DNA of 63,929 nt, counting the filler. It is 7 parts of 7 records of this genome, joined end to end, with 100 filler letters (N's around TTAATTAATTAA, not from the genome) between each part and the next. Parts side by side here need not be neighbours in the genome. Positions count along the whole stretch, not along the records: positions 6,452 to 22,803 come from SRR2962707_4203; 6 more parts are not named here. The stretch is one strand, 5' to 3'. The translations under genes and the position numbers were made by a program. A model generated the notes under the pieces. It was not told the origin of the DNA and did no database searches. It was given only the letters and a program-made list of their open reading frames with translations. Below, piece after piece: positions 10,060 through 21,292 of the stretch. The stretch's first letter is position 1. Each line of letters opens with the position of its first letter.

Positions 10060-11179
10060 CGACGGAACCATGTCCGAGATTTCGGTCTCCGATAAGAAGA
10101 AAGCACGCCTGCCGTCGCGCAAATTCCTGATGCGGTTTGCACTGCTGATATTCGTCCCGCTGATTGCGATTGCCGGCGCCGTGACCTATTGGCTGCACAG
10201 CGCCCGGTACATCACGACGGAAAACGCCTACGTCAAAACCAACATCGCCAAAGTCGCCGCCGAGGTTTCGGGACGCGCCGTAGCCGTCAATGCACATGCG
10301 CACCTGAAGGTTAAAAAGGGCGACGTTCTTGTTGAAATCGACCCGCGCCCCTTCGAAATCGCCGTTCAGCATGCCGAAGCCGAACTGGATACTGCCCGCC
10401 GGGAGATCGAAACCCTCGTTGCGACCCTGAAGGAAGCCCGGACCGAATTGCAGGAGGCCAGAGACCGGGCGGTATATTTCCGCAAACGCTTTGAACGTCA
10501 GATCGAACTGGCGAAACAGGGAATTACGGCAGCCACACGCCGTGATGAACTGGAAAACGATGCCGATGCCGCCGACGACCGCGTGACCATGGCGCGTCAG
10601 AAGATCCAGCGGGTCATTGCTTCACTGGGCGGCGATCCCAACCGGCCGATTGACGACCACGCACTTGTCCGAGCCAAGGCCGCTGCCCTCGCCCAGGCGC
10701 AACTCGATCTGGAGCATACCGTTATCCGCGCACCGTCCGACGGCACGGTGGTGACGGTGCCGCTGCTGCCGGGTGAGCAGATCACGAAGGCCGAGCCCCT
10801 GTTCGCCATCGTCACCGACATCCAGCCATGGGTCGACGCGAACTACAAGGAGACGGAACTGACGTATGTCCGCGTCGGGCAGAAGGCCAAGGTCGTCCTC
10901 GACATCTACCCCGACTACACATGGGAAGCCGAAGTGCAGAGCATATCCCCGGCGACGGGAGCAGAATTCGCGATCCTGCCGCCGCAGAATGCATCGGGTA
11001 ACTGGGTGAAAGTGGTGCAGCGACTGCCGGTGCGCCTGAAGCTCATTCAGAGCGAAGAGGCGCCGCCGTTACGTGCCGGGATGACCGCAAAGGCGACCAT
11101 CGACACGGCACGTAAACGTGAGCTTTCAGACCTGTTTGACGGCTTTCAGGCGATGGCCAATTCCTGGGATCAGAAATAG
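10052..11179 (+). CDS. EmrA/HlyD family membrane fusion protein
   Basis: N-terminal TM, TENAYV, IRAPSDG, ANYKET and LPPQNASGNWVKVVQRLPV. Confidence 0.93.
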   Translation: MPDDGTMSEISVSDKKKARLPSRKFLMRFALLIFVPLIAIAGAVTYWLHSARYITTENAYVKTNIAKVAAEVSGRAVAVNAHAHLKVKKGDVLVEIDPRPFEIAVQHAEAELDTARREIETLVATLKEARTELQEARDRAVYFRKRFERQIELAKQGITAATRRDELENDADAADDRVTMARQKIQRVIASLGGDPNRPIDDHALVRAKAAALAQAQLDLEHTVIRAPSDGTVVTVPLLPGEQITKAEPLFAIVTDIQPWVDANYKETELTYVRVGQKAKVVLDIYPDYTWEAEVQSISPATGAEFAILPPQNASGNWVKVVQRLPVRLKLIQSEEAPPLRAGMTAKATIDTARKRELSDLFDGFQAMANSWDQK

Positions 11180-11187
11180 GCCACAGC

Positions 11188-12624
11188 TTACCTCTGGGTC
11201 GTGACCAGCCGGGTTTCCAGATACGCATCGACCGCTTCTGAACCGCCTTCGGTCCCATACCCGGAATCCTTGACCCCGCCGAACGGCACTTCAGGCAACG
11301 CGAGGCCGACGTGGTTGATCGTCAGCATGCCGCTTTCAACCTCTTCGCCGAGCCGGCTCTGGGTTTCACCGGATGACGTAAAGGCATACGCGGCAAGCCC
11401 GAACGGCAGACGATTGGCTTCACTGATGGCGTCTTCATAGGTTGAGAAACGGTTGACGATGGCCAGCGGCCCGAACGGCTCGTCGTTCATCATCTTGGCG
11501 TCGGTCGGGACATCCGTCATCACCGTCGGCTGGAAGAAATATCCCTTGTTGCCGATCCGCTCACCGCCGGTGGCAACAGTAGCCCCCTTCGACGTAGCGT
11601 CGTTGATCATGTCCTCGATCGCCGGGATCCGGCGCTCGTTCGCCAGCGGCCCCATTTCGGTGTCCGCGTCCAGGCCGTTCCCGACCTTGGCTTTTTCCAT
11701 CGCACCGATGAAGCCGTCCAGGAAACGGTCGGCAATCTTGTCCTGCACCAGGAATCGGGTCGGCGAGACACAGACCTGCCCCGCGTTGCGAAGCTTAGTC
11801 GGCGCCATGATCGATACGGCCTTGTCCACGTCGGCATCATCAAAGATCAATACCGGCGCGTGACCGCCGAGTTCCATCGTCGCACGCTTCATGTGCTGAC
11901 CGGCGAGGGCCGCCAGATGCTTGCCGACAGGTGTCGAACCGGTGAAGGAAATCTTACGGATCACCGGATGCGGGATCAGGTATTCGGAAATTTCCGCCGG
12001 CACGCCGTAGACCAGGTTGACCACATCCGCCGGGACACCGGCATCGGCGAACACACGGATCAGTTCAGCCGGGGACGCCGGGGTTTCTTCCGGAGCCTTG
12101 ACGATAATCGAACAGCCCGTGGCCAGCGCCGCGCAAAGCTTGCGGACGATTTGGTTGATCGGGAAGTTCCACGGCGTGAAAGCGGCGACCGGGCCAACCG
12201 GCAATTTCAACGTCATCTGCGTCACACCGGCAGCACGGGCCGGGATGACCTGACCATAGGTGCGGCGTGCTTCTTCGGCGAACCAGTCAATGGTATCGGC
12301 GGCAGCGGCGATTTCCATACCCGACTGCACCAGCGGCTTGCCCTGCTCACGGGTCATTAGCCAGGCAATCGCGTCCTTGCGTTCACGCAACAGATCGGCG
12401 GCACGGCGCATCGTTTTATAACGCTCGAACGCCGGCGTCTGACGCCACAGTTGAAAACCCCTGTCCGCCGATTCCAGAGCGGCATCAAGATCCGGCCGGG
12501 TGGCATGGGCCAGTCGCCCAATTTCTTCCTCGGTCGCCGGGTCGATGATCGGCATCGTGTTGCCTTCCTTGGCATCACGCCATTCGCCGGCAATGAACAG
12601 TTTGACGTCAGGGTATGTAGACAT
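11188..12624 (-). CDS. NAD(P)-dependent aldehyde dehydrogenase, succinate/alpha-ketoglutarate-semialdehyde dehydrogenase type
   Basis: [20 protein letters not shown] (catalytic Glu), AGQVCVS (catalytic Cys), [14 protein letters not shown]. Confidence 0.93.
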   Translation of the reverse strand: MSTYPDVKLFIAGEWRDAKEGNTMPIIDPATEEEIGRLAHATRPDLDAALESADRGFQLWRQTPAFERYKTMRRAADLLRERKDAIAWLMTREQGKPLVQSGMEIAAAADTIDWFAEEARRTYGQVIPARAAGVTQMTLKLPVGPVAAFTPWNFPINQIVRKLCAALATGCSIIVKAPEETPASPAELIRVFADAGVPADVVNLVYGVPAEISEYLIPHPVIRKISFTGSTPVGKHLAALAGQHMKRATMELGGHAPVLIFDDADVDKAVSIMAPTKLRNAGQVCVSPTRFLVQDKIADRFLDGFIGAMEKAKVGNGLDADTEMGPLANERRIPAIEDMINDATSKGATVATGGERIGNKGYFFQPTVMTDVPTDAKMMNDEPFGPLAIVNRFSTYEDAISEANRLPFGLAAYAFTSSGETQSRLGEEVESGMLTINHVGLALPEVPFGGVKDSGYGTEGGSEAVDAYLETRLVTTQR

Positions 12625-12757
12625 GAATTTGTATTCCGTTTCTGAGAAATTCCGGTCGGTACTCTTCTATACTTGCCCTGACGATGCAAGGTCAGGACCC
12701 GCCGTTTTCCGGGGATAATCATAAAAGTTTCGCAGATAGATTTGATAGGCCGCGGTT

Positions 12758-13108
12758 TCAGAGAAACCGGACAGGCATCTGCCAGATTGCCAGCACGATA
12801 CACCCCTCATCGCTTGTCACGGCGTGCTGCGTGTCCGGCGGGTTGATGACGACGGCACCGGCTTCATGCAGTCCGTTTTGATCACGTTGTGCGCCTTCCA
12901 GAACAAGAATGTGCTCATAGCCCGGATGTTCGTGCGTGGGGACATGGGCGCCGGGGGCGTATTTCAGAAATGCCGCGCTCGGTCCGTCGGGATCTGGCGT
13001 CTGATAAAGCCAGCTGATTTCCAGCCCTTCCCGGAACGGTTCCCAGACCAACGCCTGACGAACAGCCGGGTCCGTGAGGATACCGGGAATTGAGAGCGCT
13101 ACCGTCAT
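12758..13108 (-). CDS. Small ChrR-like cupin-domain protein (116 aa)
   Basis: [14 protein letters not shown] and PPDTQH metal-binding cupin motifs. Its ATG overlaps the biuH stop (ATGA, 13105-13108). Confidence 0.85.
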   Translation of the reverse strand: MTVALSIPGILTDPAVRQALVWEPFREGLEISWLYQTPDPDGPSAAFLKYAPGAHVPTHEHPGYEHILVLEGAQRDQNGLHEAGAVVINPPDTQHAVTSDEGCIVLAIWQMPVRFL

Positions 13109-13791
13109 CCGGGCAGCCCCGCGATCAGATCATCGGCATTGGAGACACTGCCGAAGACACCGCCCTGCATCTTGATCATCTTGACCGCGTGCTCGTGATT
13201 TCCTCTGTCCGTGGCGCCGCAGCAGTCTTCGAGCATCACGCACTCGAAGCCCCGGTCGTTTGCTTCACGCATGGTCGTGTGAACACAGACGTCCGTGGTG
13301 ATTCCGGTCAGTATCAGATTATCAATGCCGCGCGTCTTCAGGATCAGTTCAAGATCGGTGGCACAGAACGACCCCTTACCCGGCTTATCGATGATCGGCT
13401 CGCCATCGGCGGGATAAAGCTCTTCGATGATGTCCCAGCCCGGCTCGCCACGTACAAGAATCTTCCCGCACGGCCCGGGATCGCCGATCCCGGCGCCGAT
13501 CTGACGAGACCGCCATCGTTTGTTGGCCGGCAGGTCGGACAAATCCGGCCGGTGCCCTTCGCGGGTATGAATGATCATATACCCCTTGTCGCGCATGGCC
13601 TTGAGTACCCGTTTGATCGGTTCGATGGGGGCGCGGGTCAGGGACAGGTCATAGTCCATCTGATCGACGTAACCGCCGATCCCGCAGAAATCCGTCTGCA
13701 TGTCGATGATGATCAGCGCCGTATTATCCGGCCTGAGATCACCGTTATAGGGCCAGTCATAGGGTGACGCCTTGATAAAGCTTTCAGCCAT
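13105..13791 (-). CDS. biuH: Biuret amidohydrolase (isochorismatase-like cysteine hydrolase)
   Basis: [51 protein letters not shown] (Cys nucleophile) and KMQGGVFG closely match Rhizobium BiuH as I recall it. Start MAESFIK. Confidence 0.9.
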   Translation of the reverse strand: MAESFIKASPYDWPYNGDLRPDNTALIIIDMQTDFCGIGGYVDQMDYDLSLTRAPIEPIKRVLKAMRDKGYMIIHTREGHRPDLSDLPANKRWRSRQIGAGIGDPGPCGKILVRGEPGWDIIEELYPADGEPIIDKPGKGSFCATDLELILKTRGIDNLILTGITTDVCVHTTMREANDRGFECVMLEDCCGATDRGNHEHAVKMIKMQGGVFGSVSNADDLIAGLPG

Positions 13792-14839
13792 TGCTGTCTC
13801 CTGCGCTTTCCGGGCTGCCGTCGGCAAAATGGCAAACCGCGTAATGCCCCTCGCCGATGATCCGTTTTGGCGGCGCGCTACGGGCACAGCGGTCTTCCCC
13901 CATCGGGCAACGCCCATGGAAGCGGCAGGCATTCGGGTCGGGATCGATCGGGCTTTTCGGATCACCGCTTAGCCGGACCCGCAGATCTCCGGCCGGGTCG
14001 GTGTTCGGGATCGCTGAAATCAGGGCGCGGGTATAGGGGTGCTGCGGGCGGGTAAAGATATCATCCGCCGTGCCGCTTTCGACGATCTGCCCCAGATACA
14101 TGACGATCACCCGGTCGCACAACAGACGCACCACGTTCAGATCGTGCGATACGAACAGATAGCTCATGCCGAGGTCCTGTTTCAGCTGCACCAACAGCTT
14201 GAGGATCACCGCCTGCACCGACACATCGAGGGCCGACGTCGGCTCGTCCAGGATCAGCAGTTTCGGCGAGACGGCCACCGCCCGGCCGATGTTGACCCGC
14301 GCCTTCTGCCCGCCCGACATCTGATGCGGAAAGCGCGACAGCAGCTGCAACGGCAGATCGACCTGCTTGGCAACAGCCTCGACTTTCGCCTGCAGTTCTT
14401 TTTTGTCGGTGATCCCCTTGAGACGTTTGAGCGGCTCGGCAATCGTATCGAACGCTGTGAACCTGGGGTTCAGGCTTTCATGCGGGTCCTGAAAGACAAT
14501 CTGGATGTCGGTGCGTTCGGGCCGGGCATGAAACTGTTTCGACGGGACTTCGCTGATATCCTTGCCGTCAAAGTCGATATTGCCGCTTGTCGGATCGGAC
14601 AGGCGGGCCAGCATGCCCACCAGTGTCGACTTCCCGCAGCCGGACTCACCGACAAGCCCCAAGCTTTCACCGCCATCAATGGAAAAACTCACGCCATCGA
14701 CGGCGTGCAGCACAGGCGTATGATCGACCGCACTGGTCAGACGTGCACGCACCCATCGCATCAACGGATTGCCGGAACCGCCCTGCCCCGCCAGCACATA
14801 GAGTTTGCGGATTTCCCGAACATCAAGAAGCTTGCTCAT
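13784..14839 (-). CDS. Peptide/nickel-type ABC transporter ATP-binding subunit (DppF-like)
   Basis: [19 protein letters not shown] and a C-terminal CRFHGRC oligopeptide-type tail. Confidence 0.93.
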   Translation of the reverse strand: MSKLLDVREIRKLYVLAGQGGSGNPLMRWVRARLTSAVDHTPVLHAVDGVSFSIDGGESLGLVGESGCGKSTLVGMLARLSDPTSGNIDFDGKDISEVPSKQFHARPERTDIQIVFQDPHESLNPRFTAFDTIAEPLKRLKGITDKKELQAKVEAVAKQVDLPLQLLSRFPHQMSGGQKARVNIGRAVAVSPKLLILDEPTSALDVSVQAVILKLLVQLKQDLGMSYLFVSHDLNVVRLLCDRVIVMYLGQIVESGTADDIFTRPQHPYTRALISAIPNTDPAGDLRVRLSGDPKSPIDPDPNACRFHGRCPMGEDRCARSAPPKRIIGEGHYAVCHFADGSPESAGDSNG

Positions 14840-15807
14840 AACGGCCTCCGGCAGGTGACGAAATGCCCGGGCGAAGCTTCATGTGCCAGAAGATGCGGTG
14901 CATTGCAGGCATCCTCGAAGCGTTCACAGCGGGCCGAAAAACGGCACGGCGGCAGCTCGGTTCTGAGGTCGGGCAGACTTCCGGCAATCGATTCGATATC
15001 GTCCAGCGAGCCTTCGCCGCGCGGAGTCGCCTTCATCAGCTTGGCCGTATACGGATGGCAGGGAGATGCGAACAACTCCGCCGTCGGCGCGGATTCAATG
15101 ACGTGTCCGGCATGCATGACGACGATCCGGTCGCAATAATCCGCCGCCATGGCAAGATCGTGCGTGATCAGCACCGTCGCCATGTTGCGTTCCTTCGCAA
15201 GTTCCCTGATGAGGTCCATGATCGCGGCCTGAGTCGTGACGTCGAGACCGGTGGTCGGCTCGTCTGCAATCAGCAGTTCAGGCCGGCACGACAGCGCCAT
15301 GGCGATCATGATGCGCTGGCACATACCGCCCGACAGCTCGAACGGATAAGCATCGTGACGCCGTTCCGGATCAGGGATACGCACACTCATAAGCGCCTTG
15401 ATGGCTTTTTCGCGGGCATTCTGACGGGTGGCGGATCCATGACGCCGCAGAACGTCGCTGATCTGCTTGCCGACACTGCGGATAGGATTGAGCGCCGTTC
15501 TCGGGCTCTGGAAGATCATCGAGACTTCGCGGCCACGCATTTCCTGCAGGGTCGATTCCGAGGCTTTCAGTACATCAAGACCGCCCAGTGTGATGGCGCC
15601 CTTGGTCACCTGCCCGGCCGGGTCCAGGATACCCATCGCCGTCATCGCCGACACCGATTTGCCCGATCCGCTTTCACCGACGATGCCGACCATTTCACCA
15701 CGATGAACCTCGAAACTGACGTTCTGCAGGGCCCGAACGGTGCCGCTGCGGGTTCTGAACTCGACGTCCAGGTCATCGACCTTGAGAACGGGAACACGTT
15801 TATCCAT
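14836..15807 (-). CDS. Peptide/nickel-type ABC transporter ATP-binding subunit (DppD-like)
   Basis: [29 protein letters not shown]. Confidence 0.93.
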   Translation of the reverse strand: MDKRVPVLKVDDLDVEFRTRSGTVRALQNVSFEVHRGEMVGIVGESGSGKSVSAMTAMGILDPAGQVTKGAITLGGLDVLKASESTLQEMRGREVSMIFQSPRTALNPIRSVGKQISDVLRRHGSATRQNAREKAIKALMSVRIPDPERRHDAYPFELSGGMCQRIMIAMALSCRPELLIADEPTTGLDVTTQAAIMDLIRELAKERNMATVLITHDLAMAADYCDRIVVMHAGHVIESAPTAELFASPCHPYTAKLMKATPRGEGSLDDIESIAGSLPDLRTELPPCRFSARCERFEDACNAPHLLAHEASPGHFVTCRRPL

Positions 15808-15815
15808 GGCGCCCT

Positions 15816-16661
15816 CTAGGTCCGTCTGCGCGGGTCGATGAGGTCACGCAGACCGTCGCCCAACAGGTTGAAACAGAACACCGCCAGCATCAGCGCCGCC
15901 CCCGGGAACAACGCCAGCCACCATTCCCCGGAAACGATGTAACCAGCGCCTTCGGCGACCATGATCCCCCATTCCGCCGTCGGCGGCCGGACACCCAGAC
16001 CGATGAATGACAGACCCGCTGCATTCAGGATCGCCCAGCCCATGTTGAGCGACACCTGCACCATCATCGGCGGCAGTGTGTTCGGGTAGATATGTGTCGC
16101 CAGAAGCCTGAGCGAGGAGTTCCCGGCCAGACGGGCGGCGAGCACGAAGTCCGCATTCCGCCGCACGTTGACCTCGGTCCGTGCAACGCGGGCATAGAAC
16201 GGCAGGTTGATGATCGCGGTCGCATAGACGATGTTCTCGACCGTGTTGCCCATCGCGGCAACGATCCCCATCGCCAGAACGAAAAGCGGAAATGCCATGA
16301 TCGTATCGGTCAGGCGGCCGACGACGCGATCCGTCCAGCCTCCGAAGAACCCGGCAAGCGCGCCGATGACGCTGCCGATGACGAAAGAGATTGCCACCGC
16401 CGAGACGGCAATCGCCAGATCAAGCCGGGTGGCAATCAGCACGCGACTGAAAACGTCGCGTCCCAGCTGATCGGTACCGAACCAGTGATCCCACGACGGC
16501 GGCTTCAGGGTCTGGGATGCATTGCTGGCCAGCGGGTCATAAGGGACAAGTACGGGACCGGCGATGGCAATCACGACCAGCGTCAGGAACAGACCGCCGG
16601 CGATCAACGTCACCGGATTTTCGGTCAGCACATAGCGCAGATGTTTGAAAAACTCTTTCAT
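15816..16661 (-). CDS. ABC transporter permease (DppC-like)
   Basis: HWFGTDQLGRD, EAA-like loop DFVLAARLAG, LSFIGLG, NLLGDGLRD. Start MKEFFKH. Confidence 0.93.
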   Translation of the reverse strand: MKEFFKHLRYVLTENPVTLIAGGLFLTLVVIAIAGPVLVPYDPLASNASQTLKPPSWDHWFGTDQLGRDVFSRVLIATRLDLAIAVSAVAISFVIGSVIGALAGFFGGWTDRVVGRLTDTIMAFPLFVLAMGIVAAMGNTVENIVYATAIINLPFYARVARTEVNVRRNADFVLAARLAGNSSLRLLATHIYPNTLPPMMVQVSLNMGWAILNAAGLSFIGLGVRPPTAEWGIMVAEGAGYIVSGEWWLALFPGAALMLAVFCFNLLGDGLRDLIDPRRRT

Positions 16662-16668
16662 GGGCCGA

Positions 16669-17697
16669 TCAACTGTCCAGTCCAACACGCGGGTCGACCA
16701 GCGTGTAAAGAATATCAATGGTGAGATTGAGCGCCACATACAGCAGCGCCATGGCGAGGACGAACCCCTGCACTGCCACGTAATCCGAAACGATCAGGGC
16801 TTCGATGGCGAATGAACCGATACCCGGCCAGGCAAAGACCTTCTCGACCAGGACGTTGGACCCGAGCATGAATGAAAACACCATGCCCAGCGTCGTCAGG
16901 ATCGGCAGCAGGGCATTCCGAAATGCATAGGTGTAGAGAACCGTCGAGCGCTTGAGACCGGACGCCCGCGCGGTGCGGATGAAATCACTCGACAGGACCT
17001 GCAGCATTGCGCCGCGGGTCATCCGCGCCAGCGGCGCCAGCGTGAATGTCCCAAGCGTCACCGCCGGCATGATGAGTTGCGCCAGTGCGGCGCCGAATAG
17101 TTCGAGATCACCATCCAGCAGGGCATCGATGGTATAGAACCCGGTCACCTGCGGCGGTGACAGATAGATGATATCGAGCCGCCCGAGCGGCGACGGCGCG
17201 ATCCCGAGCAGATAATAGAATATGTAGACCATGAACAGGCCCGTGAAGAACACCGGCAGGGACACCCCCGCCGTAACGATCAACCGGCAAAGCTGATCGA
17301 CCCAGGTGTTCGGGCGGGTTGCGGCTGCAATCCCCAGCGGCAATGCCACCGAGATTGAAAAAATCAGTGCCAGCAGGGTCAGCTCGAGCGATGCCGGCAA
17401 GCGGCGCAGAAGTTCTTCGGCAACCGGGAAACCGGTGCTGATGGAAACGCCGAGATCACCTGTCGCCAGGTCCCGGACATAGAGCAGGAACTGCTCGGGC
17501 CAGCTTTTGTCGAGCCCGAGCGATTCCCTGATTTGCTGGATCGATTCCGGCGTTGCCGCCGGTCCGGCAAAATAGACAGCCGGGTCACCCGGCAGGGCGC
17601 GGGTCAGCACGAACGTCACGATTATGATGCCGATCACCGAGGGTATGGACTGGCCAAGCCGTCCGATGATCATGCGTAACTTGCCGTTACCGTTCAT
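16669..17697 (-). CDS. ABC transporter permease (DppB-like)
   Basis: LPGDPA, GDLGVS, DFIRTARASG, EKVFAWPGIG, DILYTLVDPR. Confidence 0.93.
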   Translation of the reverse strand: MNGNGKLRMIIGRLGQSIPSVIGIIIVTFVLTRALPGDPAVYFAGPAATPESIQQIRESLGLDKSWPEQFLLYVRDLATGDLGVSISTGFPVAEELLRRLPASLELTLLALIFSISVALPLGIAAATRPNTWVDQLCRLIVTAGVSLPVFFTGLFMVYIFYYLLGIAPSPLGRLDIIYLSPPQVTGFYTIDALLDGDLELFGAALAQLIMPAVTLGTFTLAPLARMTRGAMLQVLSSDFIRTARASGLKRSTVLYTYAFRNALLPILTTLGMVFSFMLGSNVLVEKVFAWPGIGSFAIEALIVSDYVAVQGFVLAMALLYVALNLTIDILYTLVDPRVGLDS

Positions 17698-17729
17698 GAG
17701 TTTGTCCCGCGCCCTTGCTCAGATAACCG

Positions 17730-19352
17730 TTAGGCCGTTGCTTTTTTGAACGAACGGCAATCAAGCTGACGGTGGAAGTAGTACTCGTAACCCGTCACGC
17801 TTTTCTGCGTCGCAACGTCCAGATAAGGCTGATAGATCGGGATCAGCGGCACTTCATCAAAGAAGATGGCCAGCAGCTTCTTGATGTTCGGTTCGTACTG
17901 CGGATCGTCGACCTCAAGATGAAGCGTCATATCGGTAAGTTTTTCGACTTCTTCATTGTGGTAGTTCATCGAGTTGAACAGCCGGCCTTTCTGATAAACC
18001 CAGAACGAGTAGTAATCCGGATAGTTCAGCCAGCCGCCGAAGTTTTTCACATGCATCGGCAGTTTCTTCTCGACCAATGCGGCGGTACGCCAGTTGGCGC
18101 CGGGAATCTTATCGATGGTCGCCTTGATCCCGACTTTGGCGAGACTCTCCTGAAGCAGGAGACACATCGGTTCGGACCATTGTGCGAGTCCCAGGTTGAA
18201 CGACAGCGGCACCTCGAAACCGTCCGCGTACCCGGCTTCCTTCAATAGGCTCTTGGCCTTGTCGTAATCCGTGTCATAGGGAAACGGCTGCGGCCATTCG
18301 ATGGTCGCGGGCGTAAACGATTTACCCCCCCACATCGGAATGCCCCGCTCGAACGCGGCCTGCTTGAAGATCTGATCGTAAGGCACCGAGTAAGCGATGG
18401 CCTGGCGGACCAGCTTGTTCTTGAACGGTTCGAACGTCAGGTTCAGGCCGATGGCCGCCAGCGAGTTCTCGATCGGCGCTGCATTAATCGTGAACTTGCC
18501 CGACTTCTGAAGCTCGGCAAAATCCTTTGGCGGCAGATCAAGCGACACGTCCGCATCACCACGCTCAAGAAGCGCACGGCGCGTCGACGCCGACGGAATT
18601 TCACGAATGATCACCCGCTTCACGCCCGGCAGCTCACCGTTCTTCCAGTCGTCATAACGCTTGTAAACGGTCTGCTGACCCGGCTCCCAGCGTTCCAGCA
18701 TGAACGCACCACCCCCGGCCGGAGTGCGGTGCAGGTATTCCGTCGCCCACGGGTCGTCGGCGGTGGCGTTGGCCTTGGCAACCTTCGAGTTGAAGATAAT
18801 CGGCACCGGCACACCGAGATCCGGCAGCGTCAGCTTTGATTTTCTGAGCAGTTTGATCACGAACGTCTTGTCATCAACGGCTTCGAACTGTTCGGGCTTT
18901 TCAAGCGACCCGGCCTTCATCTGCACGGTCGGGAAACCACCGAGGCTGACCGCACGATCGAACGACCATTTGACGTCCTGCGCGGTGATCGGCGTACCGT
19001 CCCAGAAAGTGGCACCGTCTCTGATCTTGAAGGTAATCGACATACCGTCAGCGGAGACTTCCCAGGATTCGGCGAGTTCCGGTTCCAGTTTCTGGTAGTC
19101 GTACATCATGGTGCCGTCTTCAAGGGTCTTCGTGCCGTACCCGACCAGGCGGTCATACAGGTTCACCGCAATCTGGTACGCAGGACGGTTCGTGCCCTTG
19201 CGCTGGATATCCATACTGTTGGGCCCGTTGCCTGTGACAACGACGAGGGTATCGCCGCGGCCGGCTGCCTGGGCCGGCAAATGCTTCAGGAATGGAATGG
19301 CGGAGGCACCGACGGCGACCCCCATGGTCTTCATGAAATCACGTCTACGCAT
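17730..19352 (-). CDS. Family-5 ABC substrate-binding protein with Tat signal
   Basis: MRRRDFMK twin-arginine leader; PELAESWEVS, FWDGTPITAQDVKWSF, VRQAIAY. Overlaps the atzF stop. Confidence 0.92.
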   Translation of the reverse strand: MRRRDFMKTMGVAVGASAIPFLKHLPAQAAGRGDTLVVVTGNGPNSMDIQRKGTNRPAYQIAVNLYDRLVGYGTKTLEDGTMMYDYQKLEPELAESWEVSADGMSITFKIRDGATFWDGTPITAQDVKWSFDRAVSLGGFPTVQMKAGSLEKPEQFEAVDDKTFVIKLLRKSKLTLPDLGVPVPIIFNSKVAKANATADDPWATEYLHRTPAGGGAFMLERWEPGQQTVYKRYDDWKNGELPGVKRVIIREIPSASTRRALLERGDADVSLDLPPKDFAELQKSGKFTINAAPIENSLAAIGLNLTFEPFKNKLVRQAIAYSVPYDQIFKQAAFERGIPMWGGKSFTPATIEWPQPFPYDTDYDKAKSLLKEAGYADGFEVPLSFNLGLAQWSEPMCLLLQESLAKVGIKATIDKIPGANWRTAALVEKKLPMHVKNFGGWLNYPDYYSFWVYQKGRLFNSMNYHNEEVEKLTDMTLHLEVDDPQYEPNIKKLLAIFFDEVPLIPIYQPYLDVATQKSVTGYEYYFHRQLDCRSFKKATA

Positions 19353-21177
19353 GGTTACTCTCCTTGGTCGTTTGTTGATTGGATGATTGATGTGCGAGGT
19401 ATGAGCGCCACCCACCGAACGGCGTGACGTCTTCGGCGCCTTCCGTGGCCAAATGCTCGCAAAGGAAGCCCTTCACTTCGGAACCGTCTTCAAGCTGCAA
19501 TGTGCCGATCCCGAGAGGACGAGGAACGCCCTGGATGAATTCTCCAAACCTGTTTGTTGGTATTGCCCAGACTTCGAGCTCAATGGCGGCGCCGTTGCCG
19601 GCATGGAGCAATCCGGGTCGTACGGGCGGCCCGCCTGGCAGACTGAAAAGCCTGTAGCTGGCTGCTGTTTTGGCCGTGCGCACGAAACGCGCGCCCAGGC
19701 GGGTCAATTCGTGATTAAGCGGCAATCCCGACATGTGGGCGCCGACAACGGCGAGCCCGATTTCGGCTGCGCCGATCTGTGCCGGTACCGGTTCTGATTT
19801 CGGCAAGGTCCAGCCGGTCGCCCCCAGTGTCGCGCCGCTGCGCTGATGCAATGCACTGGCAACCGATGCAATCATGGCATCCTGACCGGCCCCGGCCAGC
19901 AGCGTCACACTGCCCGGCCGTCCATCCGCACGCGTCGCCATGGGCACAACGACACCGCACATATCCATCAGGTTGACGAAATTGGTGTACGTACCGAACC
20001 GGGAATTGGGACCGATGGGATCGGCCTCAAGGTCTTCGACGCTGTAAAATGTCGGTATCGTCGGAACGCACAGGTAATCCAGCGCGCTCAATACCGGTGC
20101 CAACTCCCGCTTCAGGTCCTGCAGCTTGTAGATCGACCGAAAAGTGTCGGCGGCACTGAATTTCTTGGCGACCTCGATCACCTGGCGCGTCACGGGGTGA
20201 AGCGCTTCCGGGTTTTCCGACAGCAGGTCCTCGATCACCGTGTACCGCTCGGCCACCCAGACGCCGCCATACAGCATTTGCGCAACCGCATACAGCGGCT
20301 TGAAATCAATCTCGACAATCTCGGCACCCAGGGCTTTCAACTCACCGAGAGCCGCCTGGAACGATTCCGCCTGCGCCCGGTCTCCGAAGAATTCAAGGCT
20401 TGCCTTGTCCGGTATGCCGACACGGCTTTGCGGCGGCACGTCGCCGAGGTCGGGAAAATCGAAATGCCGGGCGAAGGAATCGTCCGGATTGAATTTGGCT
20501 GCAGCCCGATAGGCGCAGTAGGCATCTTCGATGCTCAACGCGAAGATAGAGATCGTATCCAATGACAGACAGGCCGGGACCACACCCTGATTGGAAATCG
20601 CCCCGAGGCTCGGCTTGATGCCGACGATGTTGTTGAGCGCCGCCGGAACCCGGCCCGATCCGGCGGTATCGGTCCCAAGGGCGAAGCTGACGATACCATG
20701 CGCCACGGCAACCGCAGAACCCGAACTGGACCCGCCCGGAACAATCTTTGGGTCGACAGCATTCTTCGGAACCGGGAACGGCGTCCGAACCCCGACCAGA
20801 CCGGTGGCGAACTGGTCCAGATTGGTCTTCCCGATCAGGATCGCCCCGGCATCCCGGAGCGCACGAACGGCGAATGCATCCGCTTCTGGTTCATATGTGT
20901 ATGCCGGACAGGCTGCCGTGGTCGGCGCATCCTTGGCATCGATATTGTCCTTGATCGCAAACGGCACGCCCCACAAAGGCTTCTTCACCGGGTCAAATGG
21001 CCCAAGAGCCTTCGCAGCGGTGATGGCATCGGCGCTGTCGATAAGATGCAGGAATATACCCGGGTCCGCGACGGCTTCGATGCGGCGGAAACATTCTTGA
21101 ATAACGTCGACCGGGGCCAGCCCTTCGGCGTAGGCGGCGTGCAGTCCCTGAATGGTAAATGGCAGGTCTTTCAACAT
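19345..21177 (-). CDS. atzF: Allophanate hydrolase (amidase-signature domain + C-terminal domain)
   Basis: FAIKDNID, GKTNLDQFATGLVGVR, GGSSSGS, GTDTAGSGRVPA, GTYTNFVNL and C-terminal AVVGAHMSGLPLN. Start MLKDLPF after a GAGACGGA RBS-like sequence. Confidence 0.95.
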   Translation of the reverse strand: MLKDLPFTIQGLHAAYAEGLAPVDVIQECFRRIEAVADPGIFLHLIDSADAITAAKALGPFDPVKKPLWGVPFAIKDNIDAKDAPTTAACPAYTYEPEADAFAVRALRDAGAILIGKTNLDQFATGLVGVRTPFPVPKNAVDPKIVPGGSSSGSAVAVAHGIVSFALGTDTAGSGRVPAALNNIVGIKPSLGAISNQGVVPACLSLDTISIFALSIEDAYCAYRAAAKFNPDDSFARHFDFPDLGDVPPQSRVGIPDKASLEFFGDRAQAESFQAALGELKALGAEIVEIDFKPLYAVAQMLYGGVWVAERYTVIEDLLSENPEALHPVTRQVIEVAKKFSAADTFRSIYKLQDLKRELAPVLSALDYLCVPTIPTFYSVEDLEADPIGPNSRFGTYTNFVNLMDMCGVVVPMATRADGRPGSVTLLAGAGQDAMIASVASALHQRSGATLGATGWTLPKSEPVPAQIGAAEIGLAVVGAHMSGLPLNHELTRLGARFVRTAKTAASYRLFSLPGGPPVRPGLLHAGNGAAIELEVWAIPTNRFGEFIQGVPRPLGIGTLQLEDGSEVKGFLCEHLATEGAEDVTPFGGWRSYLAHQSSNQQTTKESNHA

Positions 21178-21257
21178 TTGTTCCGTCTCAAAGGTTATGA
21201 CCAATGCGACTAGAACAGAAATTAGTGATGCGGTATGCTGCTAATAATGGCAACTAC

Positions 21258-21276
21258 TGATGCATTTTTTGCACCA
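21258..21276. promoter_or_regulatory. Putative LysR recognition site (T-N11-A dyad) between atzF and lysR
   Basis: TGATGCA-N5-TGCACCA dyad with one mismatch; T21261-N11-A21273. Confidence 0.55.
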
Positions 21277-21292
21277 CTACTTTGAGGCTCCT

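Noticed and set aside
13105..13791. Triuret hydrolase (TrtA) or generic isochorismatase call
   Set aside because: GGYVDxMxYDL, KPGKGSF and KMQGG follow the BiuH pattern as I recall it.
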